This document shows, piece after piece, positions 49,172 through 61,624 of a stretch of DNA of 64,000 nucleotides. Within the stretch, counting starts at the first letter, position 1; each line of letters begins with the position of its first letter. Source of the stretch: Dicyema japonicum. Its lineage: Eukaryota > Animalia > Dicyemida. A model generated the notes under the pieces. It searched no databases. It was not told where the DNA came from and saw only the letters and a program-made list of their open reading frames with translations. The position numbers and the translations under genes were made by a program. The DNA lies in the NCBI GenBank assembly GCA_011109175.1, contig RDEW01000031.1, positions 157,313 to 221,312 on the forward strand. Direction: 5' to 3'.

Positions 49172-50100
49172 GGTCAAGAAATCCTACGTATTACAACCGG
49201 ACTCTCTTGGGAAAAAGTCTTCGACGAAGCTCGTTGCGAATGGTGTGAAACTGGTTTGGATATGCCGAACGATCCTTCGAGGCAACGTGACTGGGATGAT
49301 ATTTACTCCAAGAATATCTTCGACGTGCTAAAGTCTGAGCCAACCAGCATCGTCTTGCATGCCTCGTGTCCGCCCGCCAACCATGGGAGCGGAGCGTGGC
49401 TGGATGCACTCCCGTCTTCCTCCCTGGGACCCTATTGGACGAATGACTGTATTGCGGATTGGATCGCACAACGCCTGGGAGCTGATGTTTGCGGTCGAAC
49501 ACCAATGTCGCTGATGGAGGGATCGTCGATGCCAAAGGGCTGCACCCGCTCTCGTGCAAAAGGAGTGCGGGCAGAGCACCCCGCCATGCTGCTATGAACA
49601 ACATTGTCTTGCGAGCTCTTGAAGCGGCAGGCTTCCCGGCATACTGGAACTGTGGGATTGGGCGCGGAGATGGGAAAAGACCGGATGGTTAACTGTCTTT
49701 CTGTTCACTGAGGGAAATCGCTCGTATGGGGACTGCACTGTTTTGTGGATTCTTTCTCGAACTCGATGATGCTCAGCTCGGCGTAGTCTGCTGGATCGGC
49801 AGCCGATTCTGGCCGAAAAAATCAAGATTAAAAATATGGCGAAATTGGAGACCGCTACCGTTTGTACCGATAGCAATTCGAGACGTCTGGTGCGGCTGAA
49901 GTATTACAGCCTCTTTCCTAAAGAAAATCGGGGGAAAATTGGCCCACCGCAGAAAGACGTGCGGGAAGCGGTCTGGCTGAGGCAAAGAATTGGTATCGCT
50001 GTTATTCGCGGAAACGCTTACTCCGTGATGTCAGCAGCCGCTCTCCCCCATAGTTAATAAATAATATTTTATTGTTAATAAATTTTTGTTCTTAAAAAAA
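49172..50100 (+). mobile_element. CRE-like RLE element, best-preserved copy, with polyA and 8-bp TSD
   Basis: GAWLDALPSSSLG, RHAAMNNIVLRALEAAG, RGDGKRPDG and WLRQRIGIAVIRGNA. AAGGTACT occurs at 49164-49171 and 50101-50108. Confidence 0.88.
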
Positions 50101-50269
50101 AAGGTACTATTTTAGCTATTTTTTGAAAACAAAATAAAATAACAAAAAGGTCATACAGCGGCAAAGTGGCTATTTCATTTCAAGATTGCGAGCGAGATTC
50201 GCTCAAATTATCAGCTCATGAGGATCTCCTGATCATGTAGAAATCTGATTTTCTAGAAAACACAAGAAT

Positions 50270-50760
50270 TCTAGCGTCACAGACGCAAGGGAACCACAAA
50301 TCTCAACGCCGAGTAGAACATACAATAAATCCTTGAGTAGGACCGCTAATAAAATTAATTTCCTAAAGATGGCCTGGACCGAGAAAACGAAACGTCCTGA
50401 CGGGATCACAATTTTCCCAATCGAAGAGGGGAAACCTTTAGTCTAGGATGCTACTTGTGTTGACTCACTTTGCCCATCCAACATTGTCGGGAGCGCGGTA
50501 GACACACTCCATGCAGCGGAAAAAACGATGGGGAATAAAAGGCGCTACGCGACCGATTCGCGTTCTATCCCATTGTGGTCAAGACAACTGAAGGAATAAG
50601 TGGAAAATCGCTTCACTTCCTAAAGATATTTGGACGCCTAGCTACACTAACAAGCCAGACGCATGTGGAAAACGGTTGCTTCTCCACTTGATATCTGTTG
50701 CAATCGTAAGAGGCAACGCAACGTCGATAATGTCACACTTTGTATGGATGACTGTTTTAA
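50270..50760 (+). mobile_element. CRE-like RLE 3' fragment
   Basis: KTKRPDGITIFP, KPLV*DATCVDS and ISVAIVRGNA. Confidence 0.8.
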
Positions 50761-51234
50761 TTAATTATTAATTAAAAAGATTGTTTTTATATATAATTTT
50801 CCATAAACCAATTTTAAATGGCTTGAAATAATTTCCACGAATTAATTATCATGATTGTTCTTACTTTTTAAATAAAATGTGAGTTCTGCCTAAGCTGATG
50901 TTTAATAATGGAAACATTACTACTCTTTGTTCTGTTGTTGTTGAATTTTTAAAAATCCAATAAGTTAAGTAAAATCAATTTATTGAATAATGATTTGGTT
51001 ATAGTAGATCGATTTTCGAATAATGAAACCTTTTGAATTTATAAAATAAATAATTGTAAAATAGCTTTGAATGTAATAAAAAGATATTGATTTAAAATAC
51101 AATTGACCCTAATACTTTCAACAAAACTAATATAATTTTGCTTAAAAATTATCATTTAGGGTATAATTCGAAAATTTTACAAAATTAATTTAAAAATTTA
51201 TTGTGGAAATTTTAGCTTAAGTAGAATTCTCAAT

Positions 51235-51415
51235 TTTGAGAAGTAAGAACCGACATGATAATTAATCAAAAGCATGGAGAATGTTCTTGACTTCTCATTC
51301 ATTTTCTTTCGCTTGTGTGTGATTTCCAGAAGACAATCCGTTCTACGATAATTAAACACTAATAACGGCGTCAATCGTCATCCCAGAAAGGTCGTAGATG
51401 CGTGGAATCTTTATG
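51235..51415 (-). mobile_element. SINE family 1, 5'-truncated
   Basis: Reverse complement TTCCACGCATCTACGA..TGACGCCGTTATTAGTG..CACACACAAG. Confidence 0.7.
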
Positions 51416-53014
51416 ACTGATTTATAAATGTTTTAATAAATAATTTGTTTTGAAATTATTATTTAAATGTAATTTTTCATTTGTTGTAAACATAATAAAT
51501 TTTAATATTAGAACCGATTCTAAGAATCACTATTCGTATTCTTAGAAATTTTTGGTCCATTATTTTGAATATTCAATTTTGTTACTACATTGCAAATTAA
51601 TTCCTAATATTAGTTACTATAAAGAATAATTTATAGACTTTCTACAATATTGAATTTCTCCCATTGCAAATACTAATCTATAAAGATTTATATTCTTATG
51701 GGTTTAAAATAAAGTTAAAATTTCACTCTTTTGAAGTATAATTTTGTAACATAAAAAAATACCAAACTCCTTGACCGGTGCACATTCCGTGCAATTCTTG
51801 TCATGACTACTTGATAGATTAAAATAGAAGTTTTTGTCTTCTGAAAAACCTGGACATTGCTACACTAAATCATGACTTACGTGCAACATTATGACTTCTC
51901 AAGTTGATCTCTGTCGTATCGTAGAAATTTTGTTTAATCAAAATTTGATAATTTAGTAATACTCGATTCGAAGGTTTCTGTAAATTTAAAATACTTTTTT
52001 AGATTGTTTTTAAAAATTAAAAAATTTATCACAATTTTAAAAAATATTTTTAATTTTATAAATTTTTAGTTTTCAATTTTAATAAAATTCGATTATAAAT
52101 TAATGAAAAACACTATCACAAGTAAAACGTTATGTCAATACGTTATATTGTGAATAAAATATAAAGGAAAATTAATTTTATTAAAATGAAAAAATGAAAA
52201 ATGAAGTTAGTAAGTGAACTATACTTTAAATTTTATCAAGTGAATTAGGATCATCCTTTAGTTGCTCAAATATTCTTTCTATTTCTCTGTCTAAAACGTG
52301 TCCAAGTTTGACAGTAAAAGTTCCATTGTCATCTGGTGTATTGTTGGTTTGATTGCTTGAAGATTCATTCATTGAGTCGTTTCTTTTTACCATTTTGTAA
52401 ATCGAAATTTTTCAGCTTTTTATATTAAATTTCGTGTTTCCATGGCAGATATTAATTTTATATCATATCGAAGGTTTATTATCAATGCAATTATTAGTAA
52501 TTTGATGCATATAATTTAAGTGCTAAACTCCCAGAAGATTAAATAATTCAAAACTCCCAAATGAGTATATATAATTTTGAAAATGTTAAAAATCCCATTT
52601 ATTAAAAGTAAAGGTAAATTTGTTCAAAGTTAAGTAAAGGTACAATATAGACTATATTATAAAATTTTATCAATTCTGTAGAGTTAGTTTTATAAGTGGA
52701 CTTCGGTTAGATGGATATTTTGTTAGCTATTGATTTCTATTTTAAAAATAATTTTTATAAAATGTTATTGATTTAATTGGTAACTAGAGTATGAATTATA
52801 AATTAAGAGATGAATTGACAATTTATATTATTGGATTGCTTATTATGAAGAGGAGAGAAAATAAGAGAGGAGATGGATTAGTGAGCTTATTTCTTTACAA
52901 ATCGTGAAGCGAATAAATTGTCAACTTTACGAGCGGCCACCTTTGGCTGACAGGAACCTTTAGTAATTGTTAACTTTTTTAAAATTAAAAATATTTTTAC
53001 GTAAGAAAAAATTC

Positions 53015-53105
53015 AAAATAATCCAGCTGTAAGAATTGAGTTGCTGTTTCCCCGACTACTGCAGAGAAATCCTTTGGAACACCCACTTGTTTCCCGTAGC
53101 TAGTT
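53015..53105 (-). mobile_element. CRE-like RLE 3' tip
   Basis: WVFQRISL-(fs)-RGNSNSIL. Confidence 0.55.
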
Positions 53106-55019
53106 TTAATCAATTTTGATATTATAACCCGTAAAAATATAAAAAATTGTTATTAACATTTACTCTATGCATAGAATTAGAATTTTTAATGTTAAAATAA
53201 TTTTATTAGTTATAAGATATTTATTCCAAATTTCTTATTAGCAATTATGCCACGTAGCGTCAACGTTAGTGTTGCTATATAGATACTTGAATTGAAAGAT
53301 TTTTTGATGTTTTTTGTGCCTCCTTTTCCCTTTTTTGCTTCAGGTAGCTTGAATTGTTAGCGTGCGTCATGTGGTTTAAATCTCTGGGCAGATATAATCC
53401 GAAACTACTGAGGGAGACCGGAATCACCAGAATTTTTTCATTTTGGCTATGACGGTGTTTATTTGGTTCAATAAATTTAAATTTCTTACATACATTTATT
53501 TACAAAACAAAACACTTAAGAAATTTTTTGAAATTCTCTGGATTTTCCTAAATTTAGATATTATTTAATTAATGTTTACAAATATGATTGTAAATAAAAT
53601 TTTATGTCTGTATTTTTTTTTTATATAATAAAACTGAAACTTAAATTAAAAAGCTTTCTTTTATAAAATTTTAGTCAAAAAGACATTAGTTTAAGTCCAA
53701 TTATAAAATAAAGATTTGAATTTATTCTAAACAGGAATTAAATTTTGAAATTAAAATTTATATTTGAGATTATGCTATTTCATGATAAAAATTTTAAAGG
53801 ATTTTATCTGCATTACAAATAATTGAATGTTTTCCATTATTCCTATAATCAATAAATATTAAATATTTTTATGTCTAAAGACAAATAAAATCGAAGTAAA
53901 ATCGAATTATATTTGTCAAATATTGAAGGCGCTCAATTGAATTATAAATTTGTCAAAATTTAGTTATTGTAATATATCGATTTATTTTATTATTGAAATA
54001 TAAACATAACTACTATTTAACATTTTTGTGTGAACAAAATTAGATGGATAGTCATGGGGTGCACATGGTAAAGAGTGAAATCACAGCTCCATCATCTTCA
54101 TTCTTTAAATTTATTAACTATTCATTTTCTCATTTGATTAAAAGTGGGAACTTGCTAAAATTAAAAAATTCAGAGTAAAACTGAATATTATTACTGTAAA
54201 TGATCATTTAATAATAAAAATACTAGTACACCTCTCTACTAATGTTGGTCGAGTGGTCGACGCTTATCCAATAATGTCAGTCTTCATCGTGTTTTCAGTC
54301 TATTGAGATCATAGCACAAATAAAACCTTAAGTATTTATAATCTTATGGAAAATGTGGAACTGCTTTTAATTAACAAACTATTTAATACAAATACAATGT
54401 GGATACCTTCAACATATTTCCATCCCACATAAAGCATTCGTACATTAATTAAACAATCATTTAAAAGTTTCAAAACTTATTCTAGTAAACATGAACATAA
54501 AAAAATTTAAATAATATAAATGAAAAAATTAAAATGAAATTAATTTATTAAATCAAAAAAATGAAAAACGAAAGAAACAAGAGAATTGTTAATAATATAT
54601 TTGATAAGGATCTTTTTTCATTTTTTCGAGTCTACTTTCACTGTCTCTGTTAGATGTGTTTTGTTCATTAGGATTATTCGTTTGACTGTCCGAAACATCT
54701 TTTTGAGTTATCAGTATTTGTCTGTCGCTTTACCATTTTTATTAATCTGAACGTAGATGTTTTATATTAAGTTTTTTTCGTGTTTCTCTGACAATATTGA
54801 TTTAAGATTATATTAAAATTTCATAAAGTATGTCAGTTTTAATTTGATGTAACAATAATAGTAAATGTCTAGTTTTATTTGAGTTGTGATAATAATTATT
54901 TTTTTTGATTTCCTTAAATTATGTAAATTGAAATCAGGCATTTTCAATAGTCTTCATTAAAGGTTAATAAAAAATTTAAAAAATTTTTCATTTTTAAGTT
55001 AAATATGTATATTTCAAAT

Positions 55020-55250
55020 ACTTTGGCTTGACGAGTGACGCCGTCAACAGTGAACATCTCACTGCGGAACCGAATCGTCTATGAAAGGATATACACACAA
55101 CAAAAAGAAGAAAAGAAATGAAAAGTATTCCTTGGTTCTCCATCTACAATTAGTTTTCATTATTGTTCTTTACTTAAAATAAAGTATGTCCCCTGTCTGG
55201 GAGTACCTATAACTAACATGGCTTTTTGTAATGCGCAGTATTATTATTAA
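55020..55250 (+). mobile_element. SINE family 1, 5'-truncated, (TAT)n tail
   Basis: GGCTTGACGAGTGACGCCGTC...TATTATTATTAAT. Confidence 0.8.
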
Positions 55251-56699
55251 TCACCCACTATAATAATTCCCAATTGTAAAATCTTATTACTGATAAGATT
55301 TTTAATCCCCAAACGAGATAATTATTGACGTTATTAGCTGTAGTTTTAAAAAGTCAAATGATATATGAAGATAATGTTTTTACTTATTTTTTAATTTGCT
55401 CAACAAATTAAAGTTTATATTTTGTCTACAGAAAAAAAATCCAAGTCAATATTTGCTTAGAATTATCAATTTTTAAACTACTTTAAGTATTGATTTAATT
55501 TATTACTTACCTTCTATAAAATTAAGCGTTCTATCAAAATCTATAATTTAACTTTATTAAAGTTATTCGAAAAATAATCAGTATTTTATTAAAAATATAA
55601 TAAAACAGCCCTCCCATTAAGGAGCAGTAATGCTTCAATTACTAACCCTCACTTTAGACAGAACTCACACTTTATTTAAGGGGTAAGAACAGTCATGCTA
55701 GTTAATCCAATACATTGAAAATGTTTTTAACATCTCTTTTTTTGGTAAGTCTTATATTTTATTTCCGATAATTAAAAAAATTGGAAGTTATAGATTTTAA
55801 GTATGATGTACAATCAATAGACATTGATTTGATTTTTGTCGAATTTATTAGACAATTAAGAACATTTATTAAGTACTAACGATTAAAGTGGCGTTGCCTC
55901 ATAATTGTATATTGATTAACAGAAATAGTCACAGGTTTTACTGACGTCATAGTTTCTATAGTGTAGCCAGTAGACCTAGGCTTTTGATTGTAGAAAAAAC
56001 ATTCCTGCTTATTCCTCTATTTGTGTCGACATCAATTACGCAGACCATTTTTTTAAATGTTAAGTATTATATTGTTTTATTTAAAAGTAACAATTAATAA
56101 TTAATTAACACAGCCATCCATCCGAACACCCGACAATATTACTTTGCGTTGTTTCTCACGATTCAACAGATCAACTGGTGAAGCCATGTTAAGTTTTATA
56201 TTTTTATAAATTTATAAAATTTATCATCCATAACACAATTATCAAGCTTGAAAATAAGAATTTTAGAAGTTTCAAAATCTAACTGGCAAATCACTATCTC
56301 TCAGTTTTTTTGTTGGCTTAAAACTTCAGGCTGTTAACTTGAAAGTTTCCTAACTTTCCAATACCGATAGAATACAAAAGTTTAATGTTTCTCGACGAAC
56401 CACTTTTTTTATTGATGAGTCATCAATAATGTAAAATATTATCTAATTTTATTATGTTTAACAAATAAAATTTAATCAACTTTTCATTTGTAGGTCAAAT
56501 TTGTTATACTATATTTAATTGACTTTTTAAGGTCAATTTTTTTATTATAAGGGAACTTTTCGGTTGTCCTATTGATGACCTTAAATCGTCGCAAGAGAAG
56601 CACAAGTTCAGCATCTCTTCAACACTATAAAAATACCCTTTAATGATATTTTCATTAAAATCAAATTATTATTAAAAAACACTTTCACAGAACCAAAGA

Positions 56700-57830
56700 A
56701 CGTTATATTAACTAAAGTCTCGTTTGTGCCACTCGTTTCACAATCTGCTTCACTAGGCGTATCCATCGCCCTCTGCTTTGCGCATCTGTCCTTAGATCTT
56801 GTAGGTCTACTGCAGATTAAAGATTTCTTCTAATCCCATTAAGATTCTTGTTCAGAGCCACGGGTAGAGTGACTCTGGGTCTTCCTCTGAATGATGGTTT
56901 GTACTCATTGTTAAAGTAATTGTCCATTATTATATTTGCATGGGCGTTTATGTTTATTCTAAGCACGTGCCCGAACAGTCTCCACCTTGATTCAATAATG
57001 TCGATGCTTATTGGCCTCAATTGTGCCACAGAGTATAATTTCTTATTTGAAATCTTCTTGGGCCAACATAGTCCCATTAAATTGCGTAATTCTTTGCGAT
57101 GAAATATATCCATTTTCTTGAGCTCTAGATCTGTGACCCTCCATGTACCCGAGTTGTACATAAGCACCGGTTTTATATATGCGTTGTATAGTCTTATTCT
57201 TAGATTCGTTTTTATTAGTTTTCGTCGACTCCATATCTTTTGCATTTTCTTATACATTGCAGTGGCTAGAACTCTTCTATACACCATGTCCTCACTATCA
57301 CCAAGTAAGGATCCAAATTTTCTTTTTTTCCTCCAATTTTCATCAATATATTTTGATTTCCTTGTGATTCTTATGTGTTCAGTCTTTTCCTGCTTAACTC
57401 GCAGAGACCAATTCTTAAATTCTCCAGGGATTTTCTCTAAAGCAAATCCAAGTTCCAGATCATTTTCTGACAAAAAATCTATGTCATCTGCATATATAAT
57501 CTCCATCGGCATGCATCCTTCACATTTTGTTCTAAGAGCTCTCAATGCCGCTTCCAGGTATACGACGAATAGAACCGGAGATAGAGAGTCTCTCTAAGGT
57601 ATTCCAACTGTTGTCCCGAAAGGCTTCGATGTTGTGTTCCCAACTCGTACAGTTAATTCAGTGTTCGATAATAGTAAACGGACAAGTCTTGTGTTATCCT
57701 CATCAAAAAAACTCCCATCAACGTCAAACAATATTTTTCTGTTGACAGTGTCAAGCGCACTGTACATGTCCACTCACAAAATCTTAAAATCACTCCTGTA
57801 TCGACACATGGCACATATCCAAATCAAAGA
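56700..57830 (-). mobile_element. RTE-like LINE RT and C-terminus
   Basis: LSPVLFVVYLEAAL, IIYADDI, IRLYNAYIKPVLMYNSGTW, RWRLFGHVLR and FRGRPRVTLP (242-aa ORF). Confidence 0.9.
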
Positions 57831-57934
57831 CTATTTTTAATCATTGAAAATATAAGTCATTTAATAAAATTATACTGAAATCTAAGGAGTAATCAAATTA
57901 GATAAATAAATCATCTAAATTTGGCATATTATCA

Positions 57935-60900
57935 TCAGTTTTTTTTCTGCGTTTGTTGTAAATTAAATTGTTTCTGTTGATTGTTTGACATACTGCCTTG
58001 CCCTCCAAAAGGATTAGAAGATTGTATATTTGTAGCTGTTTGTTGAAACATCATCGATCCGGGAAAACCCGACTGTGTCGTCATTGAACCAGCAAACATG
58101 GGATTATTTGAATTTGTTTGTTGCTGAGGCATCATCGATCCGGGAAAACCCGACTGTGTTGTCATTGAACCAGCATTGGTTTGTTTGTTATGCGATCGGG
58201 AACCGACCAGCAAACATGGGATTATTTGAATTTGTTTGTTGTGAGCCATCATCGATCCGGGAAAACCGACTGTGTTGTCATTGAACCAGTAAACATGGGA
58301 TTATTTGAATTTGTTTGTTGCTGAGGCATCATCGATCCGGGAAAACCCGACTGTGTCGTCATTGAACCAGCAAACATGGGATTATTTGAATTTGTTTGCT
58401 GTTGAGACATCAGCGATCCTGGAAAAACCGACTGTGTCGTCATTGAACCAGTAAACATGGGATTATTTGAATTTGTTTGTTGCTGAGGCATCATCGATCC
58501 GGGAAAACCCGACTGTGTCGTCATTGAACCAGTAGACATGGGATTATTTGAATTTGTTTGATGCTGAGGCATCATCGATCCGGGAAAACCCGACTGTGTC
58601 GTCATTGAACCAGTAAACATGGGATTATTTGAATTTGTTTGTTGCTGAGGCATCATCGATCCGGGAAAACCCGACTGTGTCGTCATTGAACCAGTAAACA
58701 TGGGATTATTTGAATTTATTTGATGCTGAGGCATCATCGATCCGGGAAAACCCGACTGTGTCGTCATTGAACCAGTAAACATGGGATTATTTGAATTTGT
58801 TTGCTGCTGAGGCATCATCGATCCGGGAAAACCCGACTGTGTCGTCATTGAACCAGTAAACATTGGATTATTTGAATTTGTTTGCTGCTGAGGCATCATC
58901 GATCCGGGAAAACCCGACTGTGTCGTCATTGAACCAGTAGACATGGATTATTTAAATTTGTTTGTTGCTGAGGCATCATCGATCCAGGAAAAGCAGATCG
59001 TGCCATTGAGCCCTCCTTAGGCATCATCTGATTTTGTGACATCATAGAATTCTAAATGTTACATTTTAGTAAACATCATAAACTTGATTATTTGAAGAAT
59101 AACCTTGTCTCATAGTATCAACAAAAACAGTGTTGTTTGTTTGTTGTTGGACAGGATCTAAAATAACCATCAAAATAACTTGTTTGATATGACCCAGAAA
59201 TTGGGAAGTCTAAATATAATAGATACAAATAAACCATTAGTAAAAAAATTATCACTTGAAGGCCTTTGGGTAGTATTTGAAGTCCGTGAAGCAATTAAAT
59301 CAACATTTTGATTTTGAAAATTAACATTAGTAAATCCGTCGTCGGCAAAGAGATCGTCTGAAGAAGGATCAAAAAAAGGTTTTGATTGAGAGATAGACGG
59401 CGGATTCGGAGCATTAAAAAGATCCCCAAAATCTAAATCAATATTCATTTTTGGTTTAGCAGTTTCAGTGGAAGACACAAATAAGTCGGGAATTAAAGAA
59501 GGATTACTCTTCTGTTGAGAACTTGCGTCTTGGGTAGAAGAAAACGGATCGACAGAAGTTACAAAATAGTTGATTTGTTGCTGAGAATCAAATTGAGAAT
59601 TAATGCTGAAAGGACTGTTATCCATTTTATGCTGTGAATGTGCATTCATAGGAAATTCACTCTCAAATGGGTCAGTAATGGTTTGGTTAATTTGTGGCTG
59701 AGAATGCGGAAAATTAGAAGTAAATCCAGAAGCAAATATGTCATCCTGAATGTTTTGAGATTCACTTGTCGAAATATGAGGATTGAAGTTCATGAAAAAT
59801 GGGTCACTAAGATCAGCAGCGTCACTTTGTGAAACTGCAGCAACATCTTAAATTAAAAGTCAAATAAAACCGATAACCGACAACAAATCATCCAATTGAG
59901 CTAAAAATAGAATAAACAAAAACGTTACATTTTTCATGTTCATTTTTGTTCACATCTAAAATAATTATCAAAAAATCAATAAATTGGTAAGTACAAATAT
60001 AATTAGATTTGATTAAAGGAAACTAATTATAATACTTTGATTAATATTCAGATAATTTTCTGGTTTTTTAATTTCACTAGTAGCGGTCTAATAATGATTA
60101 GGTCGAACGAAAACCGACACAAATTCATGTTTAGTCTCTAAACTCTCCAAATGAGACTTCATTGGTTCCAACATTGTCGGAGAGATCTAATCTCAGAAAT
60201 AAACCTACTTTGATGACTGTTGGAGCTTCGGAAAGTCCAAATTCCTAAAATATAAGGATTTTAAAATACTTTCGTATTGGAGAAGAGTTGGTCAAAACTT
60301 TCACATATTTTCATGAATTTTGAATATTCGTCGTAAACTAACTGTCCAGTCTTTTTGTCAAGAGTAAAGAATTTATCTAAATTTAGATTATCGACTTAAA
60401 TCTAACCCATAAGACCGATAGCAGCATCATTGTAGCAAAGATACAAATGTATCGAATCTTTTTTGATTAACGAATTTGAGAATCTGGCGACACTGTTGTA
60501 GTTCGAAAAAGCCTCAGCCTAAAATATGGAAATTACGAAAACCAGAAGGTCTAATAAAAGTATAGATTGCATGTAGAACAAAGAGCATATTTCAATCAAC
60601 TAAACATAATAAAAAGGTCAAACAGCTTTGACGCCTTTAGATTGCAAAGATCCAAATTTACTCCTAAATTAATAACTTTTTCAACAAAAAAATAGAGGAA
60701 CAAAATAAAACCCTTTGGGAATTTTGAATATGTCAAATCCAAGCATAAAGTAATTTTCTGATTTAGATTTCAGATAGGTCATGTATTTTTTAATGAAAAG
60801 TGAAGCGCCGCGTGCTGAGATTTAATTAAGATAGAATACAGTCAGAACGTCTGGTATCCACACGAATTTTAACCTTGAAAATTCCTTTATCAGAAGATAA

Positions 60901-61237
60901 GAAAGCAAGAAACGACTATGAAATAAATGACCAAACAAACTTCCTCCCCGTTAATCATGAGATAATGAATAACCGATATAGCTTTAATTATGACGTAATA
61001 GTTTGTGGATGATAATCTCTCTGAGAAAATAGCCGACATTTGAGCATATGAAACAGTCCTTTCACGAGTAAACTGGTATAACGCTGTCAAAGTTAGTCAA
61101 CAACCTACCAGACAAATGTTTATCCTTAGGGGGAATTTCCTCTTCAGTGTAGCCTTATAGATGCTAAATGAGACAGGATCACCAACAACACCCTGAACGG
61201 CAGCGTTTACACGGTCCTTAATGGTTTGAGACTTCAT
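57935..61237 (-). CDS. PICALM: PICALM/AP180 (ANTH domain clathrin assembly protein)
   Basis: SIYKATLKEEIPPKDKHL, IIKAISVIHYLMINGEE and LEPMKSHLESLE. The tail has DPF/DLF motifs and a terminal NPF. Apparent frameshifts at the repeat edges. Confidence 0.92.
58050..59000 (-). repeat. Coding tandem repeat, 81 bp / 27 aa, ~11 units
   Basis: GTCATTGAACC occurs at 58080, 58161, 58277 and then every 81 nt to 58925. Unit GSMTTQSGFPGSMMPQQQTNSNNPMFT. Confidence 0.97.
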
Positions 61238-61624
61238 ACGTCACTTAAATAAGGTCAAGGTAATTAAGAGCAATAGAAATATATTCTAATAATATATAAA
61301 TAGGTTAACCAGAAAGAATTACTTTTGAATTTTAATTTATTTAGAATTTTATTTATAAATAAAAATATTTATTAAAAACAAAATATTTTAATGTTTTCTA
61401 CTAATTGATAAAGATTATATAAGATAGATATTTTAACCGCAAAAATTTTAATTTTTGGCAAAGGAATTTATTTCAATCTTTTTAAAATAATGTAAAATTG
61501 AATTTTTCTATTGCTCAAATACTAGAATTTGTTCACATTTTAATGAATACAAAATTATTCGAGTGTTTATTAATCTTCTATTTTCATAAGAGAGCCCAAG
61601 ACCATCTAGAAAGAAGTTAAAACA

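Noticed and set aside
51450-51960. Small Cys-containing spliced gene (MLH|QCPGF...CTECAP)
   Set aside because: No consistent downstream exon chain could be built.
52850-52930. U6 snRNA (ACAAATCGTGAAGCG)
   Set aside because: Only a short match. The ACAGAGA box and the AGC triad context are missing.
58190-58950. Programmed frameshifting at the PICALM repeat edges
   Set aside because: The shifts at ~58947 and ~58266 are single-base losses in CCC runs, next to one heavily deleted unit. This is typical of unpolished long-read error in repeats, so reads must be checked first.
58050-59000. CRISPR-like array
   Set aside because: The units are contiguous with no unique spacers, sit in frame in a eukaryotic gene, and there are no cas genes.
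60080-60190. RLE remnant inside PICALM (CAACATTGTCGG shared with ~50480)
   Set aside because: The opposite strand is a clear PICALM exon (ISPTMLEPMKSHLESLE), so the match is coincidental.
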